Assembly (NCBI GenBank): GCA_027491435.1
Contig: JAOZFG010000027.1
Location: 1-21,671 of the forward strand
DNA from: Thermoproteota archaeon
GTDB taxonomy: Archaea > Korarchaeota > Korarchaeia > Korarchaeales > Korarchaeaceae
Length of the DNA stretch: 21,671 nucleotides
Reading direction: 5' to 3'
Shown here: positions 7,856-17,026 of the stretch, piece by piece
How positions within the stretch are numbered: the stretch's first letter is position 1
Layout: each line of letters starts with the position of its first letter
The notes under the pieces: model-generated
The model's database searches: none
What the model saw: the letters and a program-made list of their open reading frames with translations, nothing else
What the model was told of the DNA's origin: nothing
Translations under genes and position numbers: made by a program

Positions 7856-9874
7856 TTAGAGAGGGAAGAGCGCCACGAAAGTCAAAGCCACTATAGCTAT
7901 CAGCTTGACGAATATGTGCAGGGAAGGTCCTGCCGTGTCCTTGAGCGGGTCTCCCACGGTGTCGCCGACTACTGCAGCCTTGTGAGCCTCCGAACCCTTA
8001 CCTCCATATTCCCCTGACTCTATCAATTTCTTGGCATTGTCAAGGGCGCCTCCAGCGTTTATCATGAAGACCGCCAAGAGGCCTCCGGCTATTGTGCCTC
8101 CTATTATGAAGGATCCTAGGGGCCTTCTCCCCAGCAGCAGCCCTATGGCTATTGGGAATGCGAACGATATGACAGTCGGCAGTATCATCTCCTTTAGAGC
8201 GTGCTTAGTGGCTATATCCACCGTCCTAGCGTAATCTGGTTTGGCCTTTCCCTCCCTGAGACCAGGTATTTCCCTGAACTGCCTCCTGACCTCCTGAACC
8301 ATCTCCTCGGCAGTCTTACCAACAGCCTTAATCGCCAAAGCGGCGAACAGGAAGGCCAAAGTGGCTCCCACTATGAGGCCCACTAGGTTCATGGGCTCGC
8401 CCAAGTCCACCTTGGCGGCGCTCTGGACGAGTCCAGCGGATTCTATGTAGGCTGAGAACAGCACGAAGGCAGATAGCAAGGCGCAGGCCATGGCGTATCC
8501 CTTCGTTATAGCCTTTGTCGTGTTTCCAACGGCATCAAGCTCATCTAGGCCGGCCCTTATCTCCTTACTGAGCCCGGCCATCTCCGCTATTCCAGCGGCG
8601 TTGTCTGAGATGGGCCCGAAGGTGTCAGCGGCCATTATTATACCGGTGGTTGATAGGATGCCGGCGGTTGCAGCGGCTATTCCGTAGAGCCCAGCTATCC
8701 AGTAAGATAGGACCACTACGAAGGAGATCACAATCAACGGCAGGAAGGCGCTCTCCAAACCAGCTGCCAGCCCTGCTATCACGTCCAACGCTGGGCCGGA
8801 CTGGGCAGCTTTAGCTATGGACCTGACAGGCGGGTGCTGATACCCTGTGTAGTACTCCACTATCGCTCCAACGAGCAGGCTGGCCACCAGTCCCAGAAGA
8901 GATGCGTAGAATACCTTTATGTCATTTAACAGGTAGACTGAGAGTAGGTAGAATCCTATGGCGTTTATCACCCCAGCCACAAATAGCGATATGTTTATAG
9001 TGGTTACTGGGTTGCCGCTCTTCTCCCTTATGAGGAGTATGGCTATTATCGTTGAGATTACCCCTATGGACTCGGCTAGTAGCGGGAATAGCACGCCTTT
9101 GAGCCCGTGAAGGGCGAAAAACGTGACTCCCAGGACCATCATGCCCAAGATGTTGTCTGAGAAAGACTCGAAGAGGTCGGCGCCCCTTCCGGCGCAATCT
9201 CCTACGTTATCTCCAACCTGGTCCGCTATGACCGCCGGGTTCCTGGGGTCGTCCTCGGGTATGCCGAGCTCCACCTTGCCTACGAGGTCTGCCCCTATGT
9301 CAGCGGCCTTAGTGTATATACCTCCTCCCAACTGCGCGAAGAGGGCAGCCAGGCTGGCCCCCATCCCGAAGGGGACTATGGCGTGAAGAAGCTCCTTAAG
9401 GACCTCTGGAGAGGTGCTGGGATTAGGTCCCACCGATATCAGGTAAAGGAGGCCAATTCCCGCCACGCTCAGCGACACCACAGCGAGCCCCATTACCGAG
9501 CCTCCCCAGAAGGCTATTTTCAGGGCCTTAGCTGGAGAAGTCCTGGCAGCGTTGGCGGTCCTGACGTTAGCCCTAACGGCGGCGTTCATCCCTATATAAG
9601 CTGCTATCAGGGATAGAGCAGCTCCAGCAATGAAGGAGGCTCCCTGTAGCGGGCCCTGCAACAGGAACAGCAGCAGGGCTAGGGCGATGATGAAATAGGA
9701 GATGGTGGTGAACTGCCTCTTCATGTAGGCGTTGGCCCCCTCCTGTATGTAGGAAGCTATGGCCACCATCTCAGGAGTTCCAGGATCCTCCTTCATGACC
9801 AGGTAGAAGATCAGGAGGGCCACCGCTAATCCTATTATCCCTATCAGGGCAGGCAAGTACTCTAGCATGCCCAT
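7856..9874 (-). CDS. hppA: Membrane-bound ion-translocating pyrophosphatase, K+-independent H+-PPase type
   Basis: GGGIYTKAADIGADLVGKVE, EDDPRNP, GDNVGD, GNTTKA (Lys at the K+-dependence position) and GDTVGDPLKDTAGP. The start is 9877, 9874 or 9868. Confidence 0.95.
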   Translation of the reverse strand: MGMLEYLPALIGIIGLAVALLIFYLVMKEDPGTPEMVAIASYIQEGANAYMKRQFTTISYFIIALALLLFLLQGPLQGASFIAGAALSLIAAYIGMNAAVRANVRTANAARTSPAKALKIAFWGGSVMGLAVVSLSVAGIGLLYLISVGPNPSTSPEVLKELLHAIVPFGMGASLAALFAQLGGGIYTKAADIGADLVGKVELGIPEDDPRNPAVIADQVGDNVGDCAGRGADLFESFSDNILGMMVLGVTFFALHGLKGVLFPLLAESIGVISTIIAILLIREKSGNPVTTINISLFVAGVINAIGFYLLSVYLLNDIKVFYASLLGLVASLLVGAIVEYYTGYQHPPVRSIAKAAQSGPALDVIAGLAAGLESAFLPLIVISFVVVLSYWIAGLYGIAAATAGILSTTGIIMAADTFGPISDNAAGIAEMAGLSKEIRAGLDELDAVGNTTKAITKGYAMACALLSAFVLFSAYIESAGLVQSAAKVDLGEPMNLVGLIVGATLAFLFAALAIKAVGKTAEEMVQEVRRQFREIPGLREGKAKPDYARTVDIATKHALKEMILPTVISFAFPIAIGLLLGRRPLGSFIIGGTIAGGLLAVFMINAGGALDNAKKLIESGEYGGKGSEAHKAAVVGDTVGDPLKDTAGPSLHIFVKLIAIVALTFVALFPL

Positions 9875-9907
9875 CACCTTTTGGTCAGGCTCACCACGTG
9901 GATCATT

Positions 9908-11011
9908 TTAACTTTTCAGGGTGACCCTCTTCAGAGAGTGCCTTTCAACTCTCTCCTCTAGGACCTCAACCCCTATTCCCGGCCTGTTAGGGGCCGTTAT
10001 CGTGCCATCCGTGTTCAGCACCCAGGGAGGTTCCACCAAATCCTCCTCATAGTATCTGTCGCTGGCCGAGACGTCGTTGGGAAATCTAACGTTGGATAGG
10101 GTGGCAGCCGCTACCAAGTGACCCCTCCCAACTCCCGTCTCCAGCATACCTCCTATCCAGATGGGCACGCCCACCTTGCTGGTGAACTCGTTTATCTCCA
10201 GGGTGTTGGTCAGCCCGCCCACCCTGGCTGGCTTAACGTTAACAACCTGAAAACTTCCTATGGAGTAGCCGGCGTAAACGTCTCTAGGTTCCTTAATACT
10301 TTCATCGAGGCATATGGGCGTTCTAATAAGCGAGGATAGCCTAGAGTGCATGATCAGATCGTTGTAGTGAAGGGGTTGTTCTAACATCAAGAGATCGAAC
10401 TCGTCCAACTTCTTTAGGTGGGGCCAGTCCTCTAACTCGTAAGCGGCGTTAGCGTCAACCTGAAGGGGAATATCGCCGAACTCCTTCCTGACCCTCTTAA
10501 CAACTTCGTAGTCCCATCCCGGCTTTATCTTGAGCTTTACTCTCCTATACCCCTTCTCCAGGTATCCCTCAACCCACTTCAACAGCTCCTCCAAGTTTTT
10601 AGCTATGCCCACGCTGACGCCGCTCTCTATCCTATCTCTGACTCCTCCTATGTACTTCCACAGGGGCTTACCCTCCAGTTTTGCTTGAAGGTCCCATAAG
10701 GCCATTTCAAGCCCGGCTTTGGCCATGCTGTGCCCCCTAACCCTATTCGCTAACTTAATGAATTCCCTGGGATCATCGGTTTGAAACGCATATTTGAAGA
10801 GAAATTTGGAGATTATGTAGAAGGCAGTCTCAGCAGTCTCATATGAGTACCAGGGGCCCTGATCTGCAGGCGCCTCCCCCCAACCCACTTCTCCACCTCT
10901 CTCCTCTGCCCTAACTAGTACGGCTTGCCTCTTCTTAGCTCCGCCGAAACTAGTCTCAAACCTTATCTTGAGCTCTGTCTCCACCAGGTAAAGGTCAATC
11001 TTTCTTAGCAA
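9908..11011 (-). CDS. menC: o-Succinylbenzoate synthase / N-succinylamino acid racemase (enolase superfamily)
   Basis: F-E-T-S-F-G, KLKIKPG, VDAN, EQP, LDES, KPARVGG, WIGGMLETG and D-V-S-A-S motifs of the NSAR/OSBS subfamily. Confidence 0.85.
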   Translation of the reverse strand: MLRKIDLYLVETELKIRFETSFGGAKKRQAVLVRAEERGGEVGWGEAPADQGPWYSYETAETAFYIISKFLFKYAFQTDDPREFIKLANRVRGHSMAKAGLEMALWDLQAKLEGKPLWKYIGGVRDRIESGVSVGIAKNLEELLKWVEGYLEKGYRRVKLKIKPGWDYEVVKRVRKEFGDIPLQVDANAAYELEDWPHLKKLDEFDLLMLEQPLHYNDLIMHSRLSSLIRTPICLDESIKEPRDVYAGYSIGSFQVVNVKPARVGGLTNTLEINEFTSKVGVPIWIGGMLETGVGRGHLVAAATLSNVRFPNDVSASDRYYEEDLVEPPWVLNTDGTITAPNRPGIGVEVLEERVERHSLKRVTLKS

Positions 11012-12269
11012 CTCCCCTCAGCTCCTCAAGTATCTCCTTAGCCCTGCTCAGGTTTATCTTCTTCTCACGGATCATCCTCTCAACTATAGCGTCCACCTCC
11101 TCTGGCTTAGCTCCCGCTGCCATCGCCAAGTTCCTGGCGTGCAGCTTCATGTGCCCGGCCTGTATCCCTTCAGTAGCCAGGGCCCTTATGGCGGCGAAGT
11201 TTTGTGCCAGGCCTACTGCTGCCATGACTGCGGCCAACTCCTTTGCCTTAGAGACACCTAGTATCTTCAACGCTATCTTAGCTATCGGGTGTACCCTGAC
11301 GACACCTCCAACAGTTCCTACGGCCATGGGCAACTGAAGCCTGCCCCACAGGTCGCCGTTCTCATCTACCCACCACTCTGATAGGGAGGTGTACCTCCCA
11401 TTCCTGGCAGCGTAGCTGTGGGCTCCTGCCTCGAGAGCTCTGGTATCCTGACCTGCCGCCCTGGCAACAGCTATTATTCCGTTCATAATGCCCTTATTGT
11501 GTGTGGCTGCCCTGTAGGGATCGTATTTGGCGAACCTGTAGGCCCACATTATCCCGTCAACTACTTCCTCTCCGCCTATTACCGACTTGGCGAACTTAGC
11601 TTCAGCCCAGGCTAACCTCTTGTCCGCTAAGTTTGAGAGTATCCTCAGGTAAACCTTACCCTTAGTGATCCTCTCCAGCATGGGAGCAACTCCCTCAGCC
11701 ATCGAGTTGACTGCGTTGGCCCCCATGGCGTCTAGGGTGTCCACTAGCAGGTGCACTATCACCATGGGGCCGGCGTCCGTCTCTATAATCCTGACCTCCA
11801 GGTCCTTGGCTCCGCCTCCGAGTTTGACGAGTATCGGGTCAACCTCGTTTGCCGCAGATATTATAGAGTCCTTCTCAGCCAGAATAGATCTTCTAGCCTC
11901 CTCAGGGTCTTCAACCCCAACTATCTGGATCTGCCCTATCATGATGGAATCAGAGGCTCCGGCCTTGAATCCTCCAGACTCCCTGGCCATCTTAGCGGCG
12001 TTACTAGCTGCGGCCACGACGCTGGGCTCTTCTATGGCCATGGGGATCAGGTAGTCCTTCCCGTTAATCAAGAAGTTGGTGGCTATTCCCAGAGGTAGGG
12101 GCCAGAGGCCCACTACGTTTTCAATCATCCTGTCGGCAACTTCCAGTGGGAGCATCCCCTTCTTCAATACCTCTGCCTCTTCATCGCTCAGGCCAGCGAA
12201 CTCCTTGACTATCTTAACCCTCTCATCTAATGACAGCCTGTAAAACCCAGGTATCCTTGAAGAAGGCAT
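10995..12269 (-). CDS. mvaA: Hydroxymethylglutaryl-CoA reductase, class II
   Basis: MIENVVG, PMAIEEPSVVAAAS, DAMGANAVN, RAATHNKGIMNG and EGIQAGHMKLH are class II signatures. Confidence 0.95.
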   Translation of the reverse strand: MPSSRIPGFYRLSLDERVKIVKEFAGLSDEEAEVLKKGMLPLEVADRMIENVVGLWPLPLGIATNFLINGKDYLIPMAIEEPSVVAAASNAAKMARESGGFKAGASDSIMIGQIQIVGVEDPEEARRSILAEKDSIISAANEVDPILVKLGGGAKDLEVRIIETDAGPMVIVHLLVDTLDAMGANAVNSMAEGVAPMLERITKGKVYLRILSNLADKRLAWAEAKFAKSVIGGEEVVDGIMWAYRFAKYDPYRAATHNKGIMNGIIAVARAAGQDTRALEAGAHSYAARNGRYTSLSEWWVDENGDLWGRLQLPMAVGTVGGVVRVHPIAKIALKILGVSKAKELAAVMAAVGLAQNFAAIRALATEGIQAGHMKLHARNLAMAAGAKPEEVDAIVERMIREKKINLSRAKEILEELRGVAKKD

Positions 12270-12316
12270 GGTTTCACCTCACCGTTATAAGTTTCCGGAC
12301 GCCCTTTATCTTAAAT

Positions 12317-13144
12317 ATGGTTGCCGGGCTAGTGGCAGCGCTCTCAGCCAGCTTGCTGTGGGGGGCTGTGCCCACCCTATTTGACGACGCAGTTAAAAGG
12401 CACGGTTCCATTACTACTAACATGTGGAAAAGCTGGGGAGCCCTCTTCATGACCTCCCTCCTAGTAATCACTTTGAACAGGTGGCAAGTTCCCCCCGCAG
12501 AGGCTACACTGGCGATTATGCTTAACGCCTTGATGGTGGGAGGGCTGGGAGATTACGCTTTCCTAAACTCCATCAAGTCCATCGGCCCTGGGAAGGCCAC
12601 CCCCATAGCCTACACTTTCATACTCTGGACAGCAGTGCTTTCTCCCCTGGTGTACGGCGAGCAGGTCACGAAGCTCACCTACTTAGGCGTGATAACGGCC
12701 TTCATCGGGGTTGGGATCACTAGCTATGAGGAGGGAAGTTGGGACTTGAGAGGGCTTACATGGGCCCTCCTGGCCTCCTTCCTCTGGACTTTATCCCCTC
12801 TGCTCATGAAGGGCGTGTTGTTCGTAGTTGACTACGTGTCAGCCTCCTTTTGGAACTCCCTATTTCTAGCCGTGATGTTCACCGCCCTGTCCAGGAGGTA
12901 TGCTGGCGAGCACATGGTAAAAGCCATGTTGGGAGGGGCTCTAGGGGTGGGGATGGCCGTCCCCCTCTTCTATTACGCCCTATCCACCGTGGGCGTAGTG
13001 ATACCAGTCATGTTCTCCTCGTTCACTCCGGTTATCTCAACCATTTTGTCCACTCTTGGGGGAAAGTCCCCTGGGAGGAGGTCCACCCTGGGGTCGGCGA
13101 TAATAACTCTTGGCATAATTCTGGGAGTGCTGGGGTCTACTTAA
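12317..13144 (+). CDS. EamA/DMT family transporter
   Basis: About 10 TM helices in two repeats. ATG 12317 is preferred because the ORF-track start at 12230 overlaps the HMGR gene. Confidence 0.85.
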   Translation: MVAGLVAALSASLLWGAVPTLFDDAVKRHGSITTNMWKSWGALFMTSLLVITLNRWQVPPAEATLAIMLNALMVGGLGDYAFLNSIKSIGPGKATPIAYTFILWTAVLSPLVYGEQVTKLTYLGVITAFIGVGITSYEEGSWDLRGLTWALLASFLWTLSPLLMKGVLFVVDYVSASFWNSLFLAVMFTALSRRYAGEHMVKAMLGGALGVGMAVPLFYYALSTVGVVIPVMFSSFTPVISTILSTLGGKSPGRRSTLGSAIITLGIILGVLGST

Positions 13145-13181
13145 TTTCGACGCCTGTCTCCCTCAGACCCGTTCCGTTAGC

Positions 13182-13317
13182 CTAGTCGACTGGCCGACGT
13201 TTACGTGAGAAATCAAACGTTTTTCCTAAACTAATAATGGTATATTATCGACTGATTAAATAACCACGATTTCCTTATTCTATTGTTATAGGGAGGTATA
13301 GTGGCCAATTCGACTAG
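13182..13317. repeat. Imperfect inverted repeat flanking an AT-rich spacer
   Basis: CTAGTCGACTGGCC (13182-13195) vs GGCCAATTCGACTAG (13303-13317). The 107-bp spacer is AT-rich, about 29% GC by hand count of 13201-13300. Confidence 0.55.
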
Positions 13318-13376
13318 CGTCACCTAAGCTTTATAAGTTAGCTAAGCCTAATTAAACCCGAAGGAGGGATCGTGAT

Positions 13377-13628
13377 ATGGTAATATTGAAGTCCCATATT
13401 CGGATGCTTAAGGAGCTTGTGAAGAGGGGGGACAAAGGAATCACTGCAAGCAAGCTAATATCAAAGAGAGAGTATAGGGAGAAGGTGATAAAGTACTTGG
13501 AAAACCTGGGGCTAGTTAGGGTCACCTACAGCGGCGGCGGGATGAGGGTTTACGCCACGGAGAAGGCTAAGAGGCTTTTGGAGAGGTTGGAGAAGGAGGC
13601 TAAAGAAGCCGAATTAGTAACTACTTAA
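13377..13628 (+). CDS. Small winged-helix DNA-binding protein
   Basis: 83 aa basic protein with the wHTH pattern IKYLENLGLVRV...RVYATEKAKRLL, RBS GGAGGG and an upstream TTTATAAG. Confidence 0.75.
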   Translation: MVILKSHIRMLKELVKRGDKGITASKLISKREYREKVIKYLENLGLVRVTYSGGGMRVYATEKAKRLLERLEKEAKEAELVTT

Positions 13629-14202
13629 GCCCAAGCACCCTGGGTACCTCCTTAAAGTTTTCAACGCAAGGGGCTCCCTCATAGCATCTCCTCACAGAGA
13701 CGAACCTAATCCCAAGTTTTTTAGCCGATTCATAATCCCATGGCGAATCTCCTACGAAGACTACCTCGTCCGGGTTGAGGTTCAGTGCTCCCATGGCCGC
13801 CTCGATCTGGAGCCTCCTATCTATCGTCACGTCCCTGGTTATCACTAAGTCGAAGAGGTCAAAGACCCCCAGCCTGGTCAAAACCACCCTGGTAGACCTG
13901 AGGGACTGCATCGTGACCAGGGCCAGCTTAAGCCCACTCCCCTTTAATGAGCTTAGTAGCCTAACGAGCTCATCGTCCCTCTCAGCTCTGAAAGCCGCCC
14001 TATATTCCTCTTCCTCAACTATTGAGTAGGCCCTTCTAACCTCTTCCTCGTCTTTCGCTGCCCTGGGGATACTCAGGCCCAAGGGCCTGAGGGGGTGATC
14101 CCACCCCATCTCCCTCCTTACCCTGTCCCTCAGCTCGTCCCAGTTAATCCCCAGGTCAACTAAAGTGCCGTCCATGTCGGTTATCAACGCCTTGATGGGC
14201 AT
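13621..14202 (-). CDS. HAD-superfamily hydrolase (phosphoglycolate-phosphatase-like)
   Basis: Motif I DMDGTL, motif II LVT and motif IV VGDSPWD. Confidence 0.9.
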   Translation of the reverse strand: MPIKALITDMDGTLVDLGINWDELRDRVRREMGWDHPLRPLGLSIPRAAKDEEEVRRAYSIVEEEEYRAAFRAERDDELVRLLSSLKGSGLKLALVTMQSLRSTRVVLTRLGVFDLFDLVITRDVTIDRRLQIEAAMGALNLNPDEVVFVGDSPWDYESAKKLGIRFVSVRRCYEGAPCVENFKEVPRVLGLK

Positions 14203-14211
14203 GGACTTCCC

Positions 14212-14847
14212 TCAGTAGCCGTAAGCGTAGGTGTAAGCGGGCCTAGCTCTGCCCCTCATCAGCCCGTACAGGAAGCCCACCGCGAACCCGCCTACATGAG
14301 CTGCTACGTCTATGTTGGCTGAAAATCCGCCGAACAAGACGAAGATAACCAGGAATAGTGTGGAGCCGCTTAACCTCTTTGTGTATATGTACTCCAGTGA
14401 GACCATATACCCGAGTAGCCCAAGTATGGCGCCGGAAGCCCCAACCCCTATGGAGTTAGGGTCAACAACCGCTGAAAGCACGTTACCTGCTAGGCCGGAC
14501 GCCATGTAGAGGAGAAGGAACCTCTTCCACCCAAGCGAGTACTCTAAGGCTTTACCCAGGACGTAAAGGGCGTACATGTTCAGGGCCAGGTGTACCAGGT
14601 TGGCGTGCAGAAACATGGACGTTACTAGTGTCTCAGCCCTCCCCCTGTATAGGTAGAAGCCAGAGCTCCCCCACTCAAGCAGGATCGAGTTGCTAGCGTA
14701 CAGCAAGTTCCTGGAGGAGGCCAGGTATATCCCTACGTTTAGGGCTATCAGGAATGAAGTCAGTGGAGGAAGGCCTGATTGTTTTAACACATAGAGGGTC
14801 AGCGCGAAAGCCAAGGCTCCTAGGAGGACCGTCACCATTTCGATCAT
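14212..14847 (-). CDS. Rhomboid family intramembrane serine protease
   Basis: SMFLHANLVHLALNM, GASGA (catalytic Ser) and AHVGG (catalytic His). The start is ATG 14847 or 14838. Confidence 0.93.
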   Translation of the reverse strand: MIEMVTVLLGALAFALTLYVLKQSGLPPLTSFLIALNVGIYLASSRNLLYASNSILLEWGSSGFYLYRGRAETLVTSMFLHANLVHLALNMYALYVLGKALEYSLGWKRFLLLYMASGLAGNVLSAVVDPNSIGVGASGAILGLLGYMVSLEYIYTKRLSGSTLFLVIFVLFGGFSANIDVAAHVGGFAVGFLYGLMRGRARPAYTYAYGY

Positions 14848-15941
14848 CCTCTCGCAATTAGGTTCCAAAGGGCTCCAATAAATGCCCTTGGATTGACGGA
14901 CAGGAACTTAAATAGGTTTACGCCTAAACCCTTGGCCGGTTCCAACTGCGCGTCGGTGTCGAACCTCTCAGTCAAAACGTCCTCATACCCCTTGAGGTAG
15001 CTGAACACCTTGTCTATCTGCCTCTCGTGCAACCTCTCAAGCCAACTCCTGAAGGCCAGAGCTGGCATGATCTCTGACCTGATAACTGATCTCCACCACC
15101 TCTCATAACTCTTGAGACTTCCTCCTTCCAGAAAGGATTCCACGGCCTCAGCTAGGGACTTCGAGGCCCTGCTGAGGAAGTAGACTCCACCCCTACTGAT
15201 GGGCTTCACTTGGCCGGCTGAATCCCCTAAAAGGGCCACTTTACCCTTAACAACCACTTTTCTCGGCCGCCTGGGTATAAGCCCGCCCTCAGCACCTCCG
15301 CTGACTCCAATCCAGCTCATTAGGGGCTCCCCAACCGGGGCCAATCCACCCCTCTTCCCCATATCTCCCCAGGGCTGCCACCAGGTGAACCAGCTCCCCT
15401 TAACAACCCTGACCTCGTACCCTCCCTCAGGCCCCCTGTCCACCTTCACGTTAACTCCCAGCTCAAGCTCCAGGGGCTTCAAACCCAATGAAAGGGCCAC
15501 CGTTGAAGAGGCCCCATCAGCCCCTATAAGGACCTCGAAGTCCACCTCGCCACCTCTAACTACGGCCCTCCCCCCTTCAATCCCCCGGAAGGGGGTTGAT
15601 GTGAGCACCTCAGCACCCTCAGACGACGCCAGCTCCACTAGCTCCCTGTCCATGTGACTCCTGTCCACTACCTTGGCCAGGGGGGAGTCCCTCTCCACCC
15701 TGAGCTCAATACCACCGGGGGATCTGAAGGACGCCCACCTCACCTCGGAGAGCACCCAGTCCTCGTCGAAGTACACCATCTCCTGGATCGCCTTAACGCC
15801 CAGTATCCCGGAGCAGTGGTGAGGCCTCCCAATTTCCCTCTTCCTCTCGACTAAGACTACCTTGAATCCTCTCCTAGCCAGAAGATATGAGATAGAGGCC
15901 CCAGCGGCTCCCCCTCCAACTACCAGGACCTCAGCCCTCAC
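14844..15941 (-). CDS. Geranylgeranyl reductase family FAD-dependent oxidoreductase
   Basis: VVGGGAAG, PHHCSG, IGADG and LLGDSAGQVKPISRGG motifs. GTG 15941 is the likely start. Confidence 0.85.
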   Translation of the reverse strand: MRAEVLVVGGGAAGASISYLLARRGFKVVLVERKREIGRPHHCSGILGVKAIQEMVYFDEDWVLSEVRWASFRSPGGIELRVERDSPLAKVVDRSHMDRELVELASSEGAEVLTSTPFRGIEGGRAVVRGGEVDFEVLIGADGASSTVALSLGLKPLELELGVNVKVDRGPEGGYEVRVVKGSWFTWWQPWGDMGKRGGLAPVGEPLMSWIGVSGGAEGGLIPRRPRKVVVKGKVALLGDSAGQVKPISRGGVYFLSRASKSLAEAVESFLEGGSLKSYERWWRSVIRSEIMPALAFRSWLERLHERQIDKVFSYLKGYEDVLTERFDTDAQLEPAKGLGVNLFKFLSVNPRAFIGALWNLIARG

Positions 15942-16191
15942 CCAAAACACTCTCCAGGAGCTCTAGGTCCGGCATGCCCCCCTGGCTTACCAACTTCCCC
16001 TCCACAACCACGGCAGGCACCATATCAACCTTTAATGACATGACGACCTCCTGACCCTCCCTCGTGAGCACCGATAGCTCCTCAAGCTCAATCCCCCTAT
16101 CTTGGGCCCACTTCCTAAGCTCCCTGGCCACCTTGAGCGACCCCTCACAGATGGGGCTCACCAAAAGGACTACCTTACTCCGCCTCTCCAT
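15931..16191 (-). CDS. Thioredoxin/glutaredoxin-fold small protein (single Cys)
   Basis: SPICEGS occupies the active-site position, followed by the cis-Pro loop MVPAVVVEGK and G-x-P. Confidence 0.7.
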   Translation of the reverse strand: MERRSKVVLLVSPICEGSLKVARELRKWAQDRGIELEELSVLTREGQEVVMSLKVDMVPAVVVEGKLVSQGGMPDLELLESVLGEG

Positions 16192-16978
16192 CGCATCCAC
16201 CTAACTCGGTCCAGGGGGCCTTGACGAACTCGTAGAGGTAGTACTTATTCTTGCTGTCTTGTAGCTTCCTGACGTACCCCTCGTTGACCAAGGTCCTGAG
16301 GTGTTTCCTCACGGCCATCTCGCTGACCTTATAATCGATTAACATCACTATGTCTTTGGCGGGCAACGGCCTCCCGGACTCCTCCAAGGCCTTCAGTATC
16401 AGGAACTTGGTGTCCTTGATGTACATCTCCTCTATCCTCCTTATCAGCTCGTTGCACTTGTGTTTGAGCAGGTCTAATCGAGCCATAAGAACTGCCATCG
16501 CATGGACTATCCCGTTGAACTCGGCGATTGCCTTGTCAAGCTGGTTCTGGCTGGGAAGCTCGGGCAACCACTTGATGTACCTCTTTATGGAGTCAGCTCC
16601 GGCGTTTATCAACAGGGTCAGGTAGGCATTGAACCCCTCGTCCACCACCTGGAGAATCAGGTTTATCTGCTCTTCCGTCATGCTAGGCAATTCCCCTGAC
16701 TCCATCATCAGCAACAAGTTATCTCTAACGTTGTTAAGCAGCTTCTCCCTGTTAACCTTGGACACATCGACCAAGGCGTTCGTCACTACCGAGCTAAGGT
16801 TCTTCCAAGTCGACGTGTGGCTGCTTATGGTCTTTATGAGCATGTTCAGGACTCCCTGCTCCTTCTGGATTTTCTCCCTTAACAGCCTCTCGTACTCACC
16901 TATCTTCTCCTCTAACACCTTGTCAAGGTCAGCGGGAGCCCCTACGCTATCTCCAGTACCTGATTCCTTCTCAGCCAT
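16175..16978 (-). CDS. Hypothetical protein with helical/coiled-coil N-terminus and C-terminal winged HTH
   Basis: The C-terminal ILKALEESGRPLPAKDI..VSEMAVRKHLRTLVNEGYV fits a wHTH; the N-terminal 190 aa are not recognised. Confidence 0.7.
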   Translation of the reverse strand: MAEKESGTGDSVGAPADLDKVLEEKIGEYERLLREKIQKEQGVLNMLIKTISSHTSTWKNLSSVVTNALVDVSKVNREKLLNNVRDNLLLMMESGELPSMTEEQINLILQVVDEGFNAYLTLLINAGADSIKRYIKWLPELPSQNQLDKAIAEFNGIVHAMAVLMARLDLLKHKCNELIRRIEEMYIKDTKFLILKALEESGRPLPAKDIVMLIDYKVSEMAVRKHLRTLVNEGYVRKLQDSKNKYYLYEFVKAPWTELGGCDGEAE

Positions 16979-17026
16979 TCTTCTAGTCCCCCACGGCCCC
17001 AGAATAAAAAGAGAACGTTAAACAAT

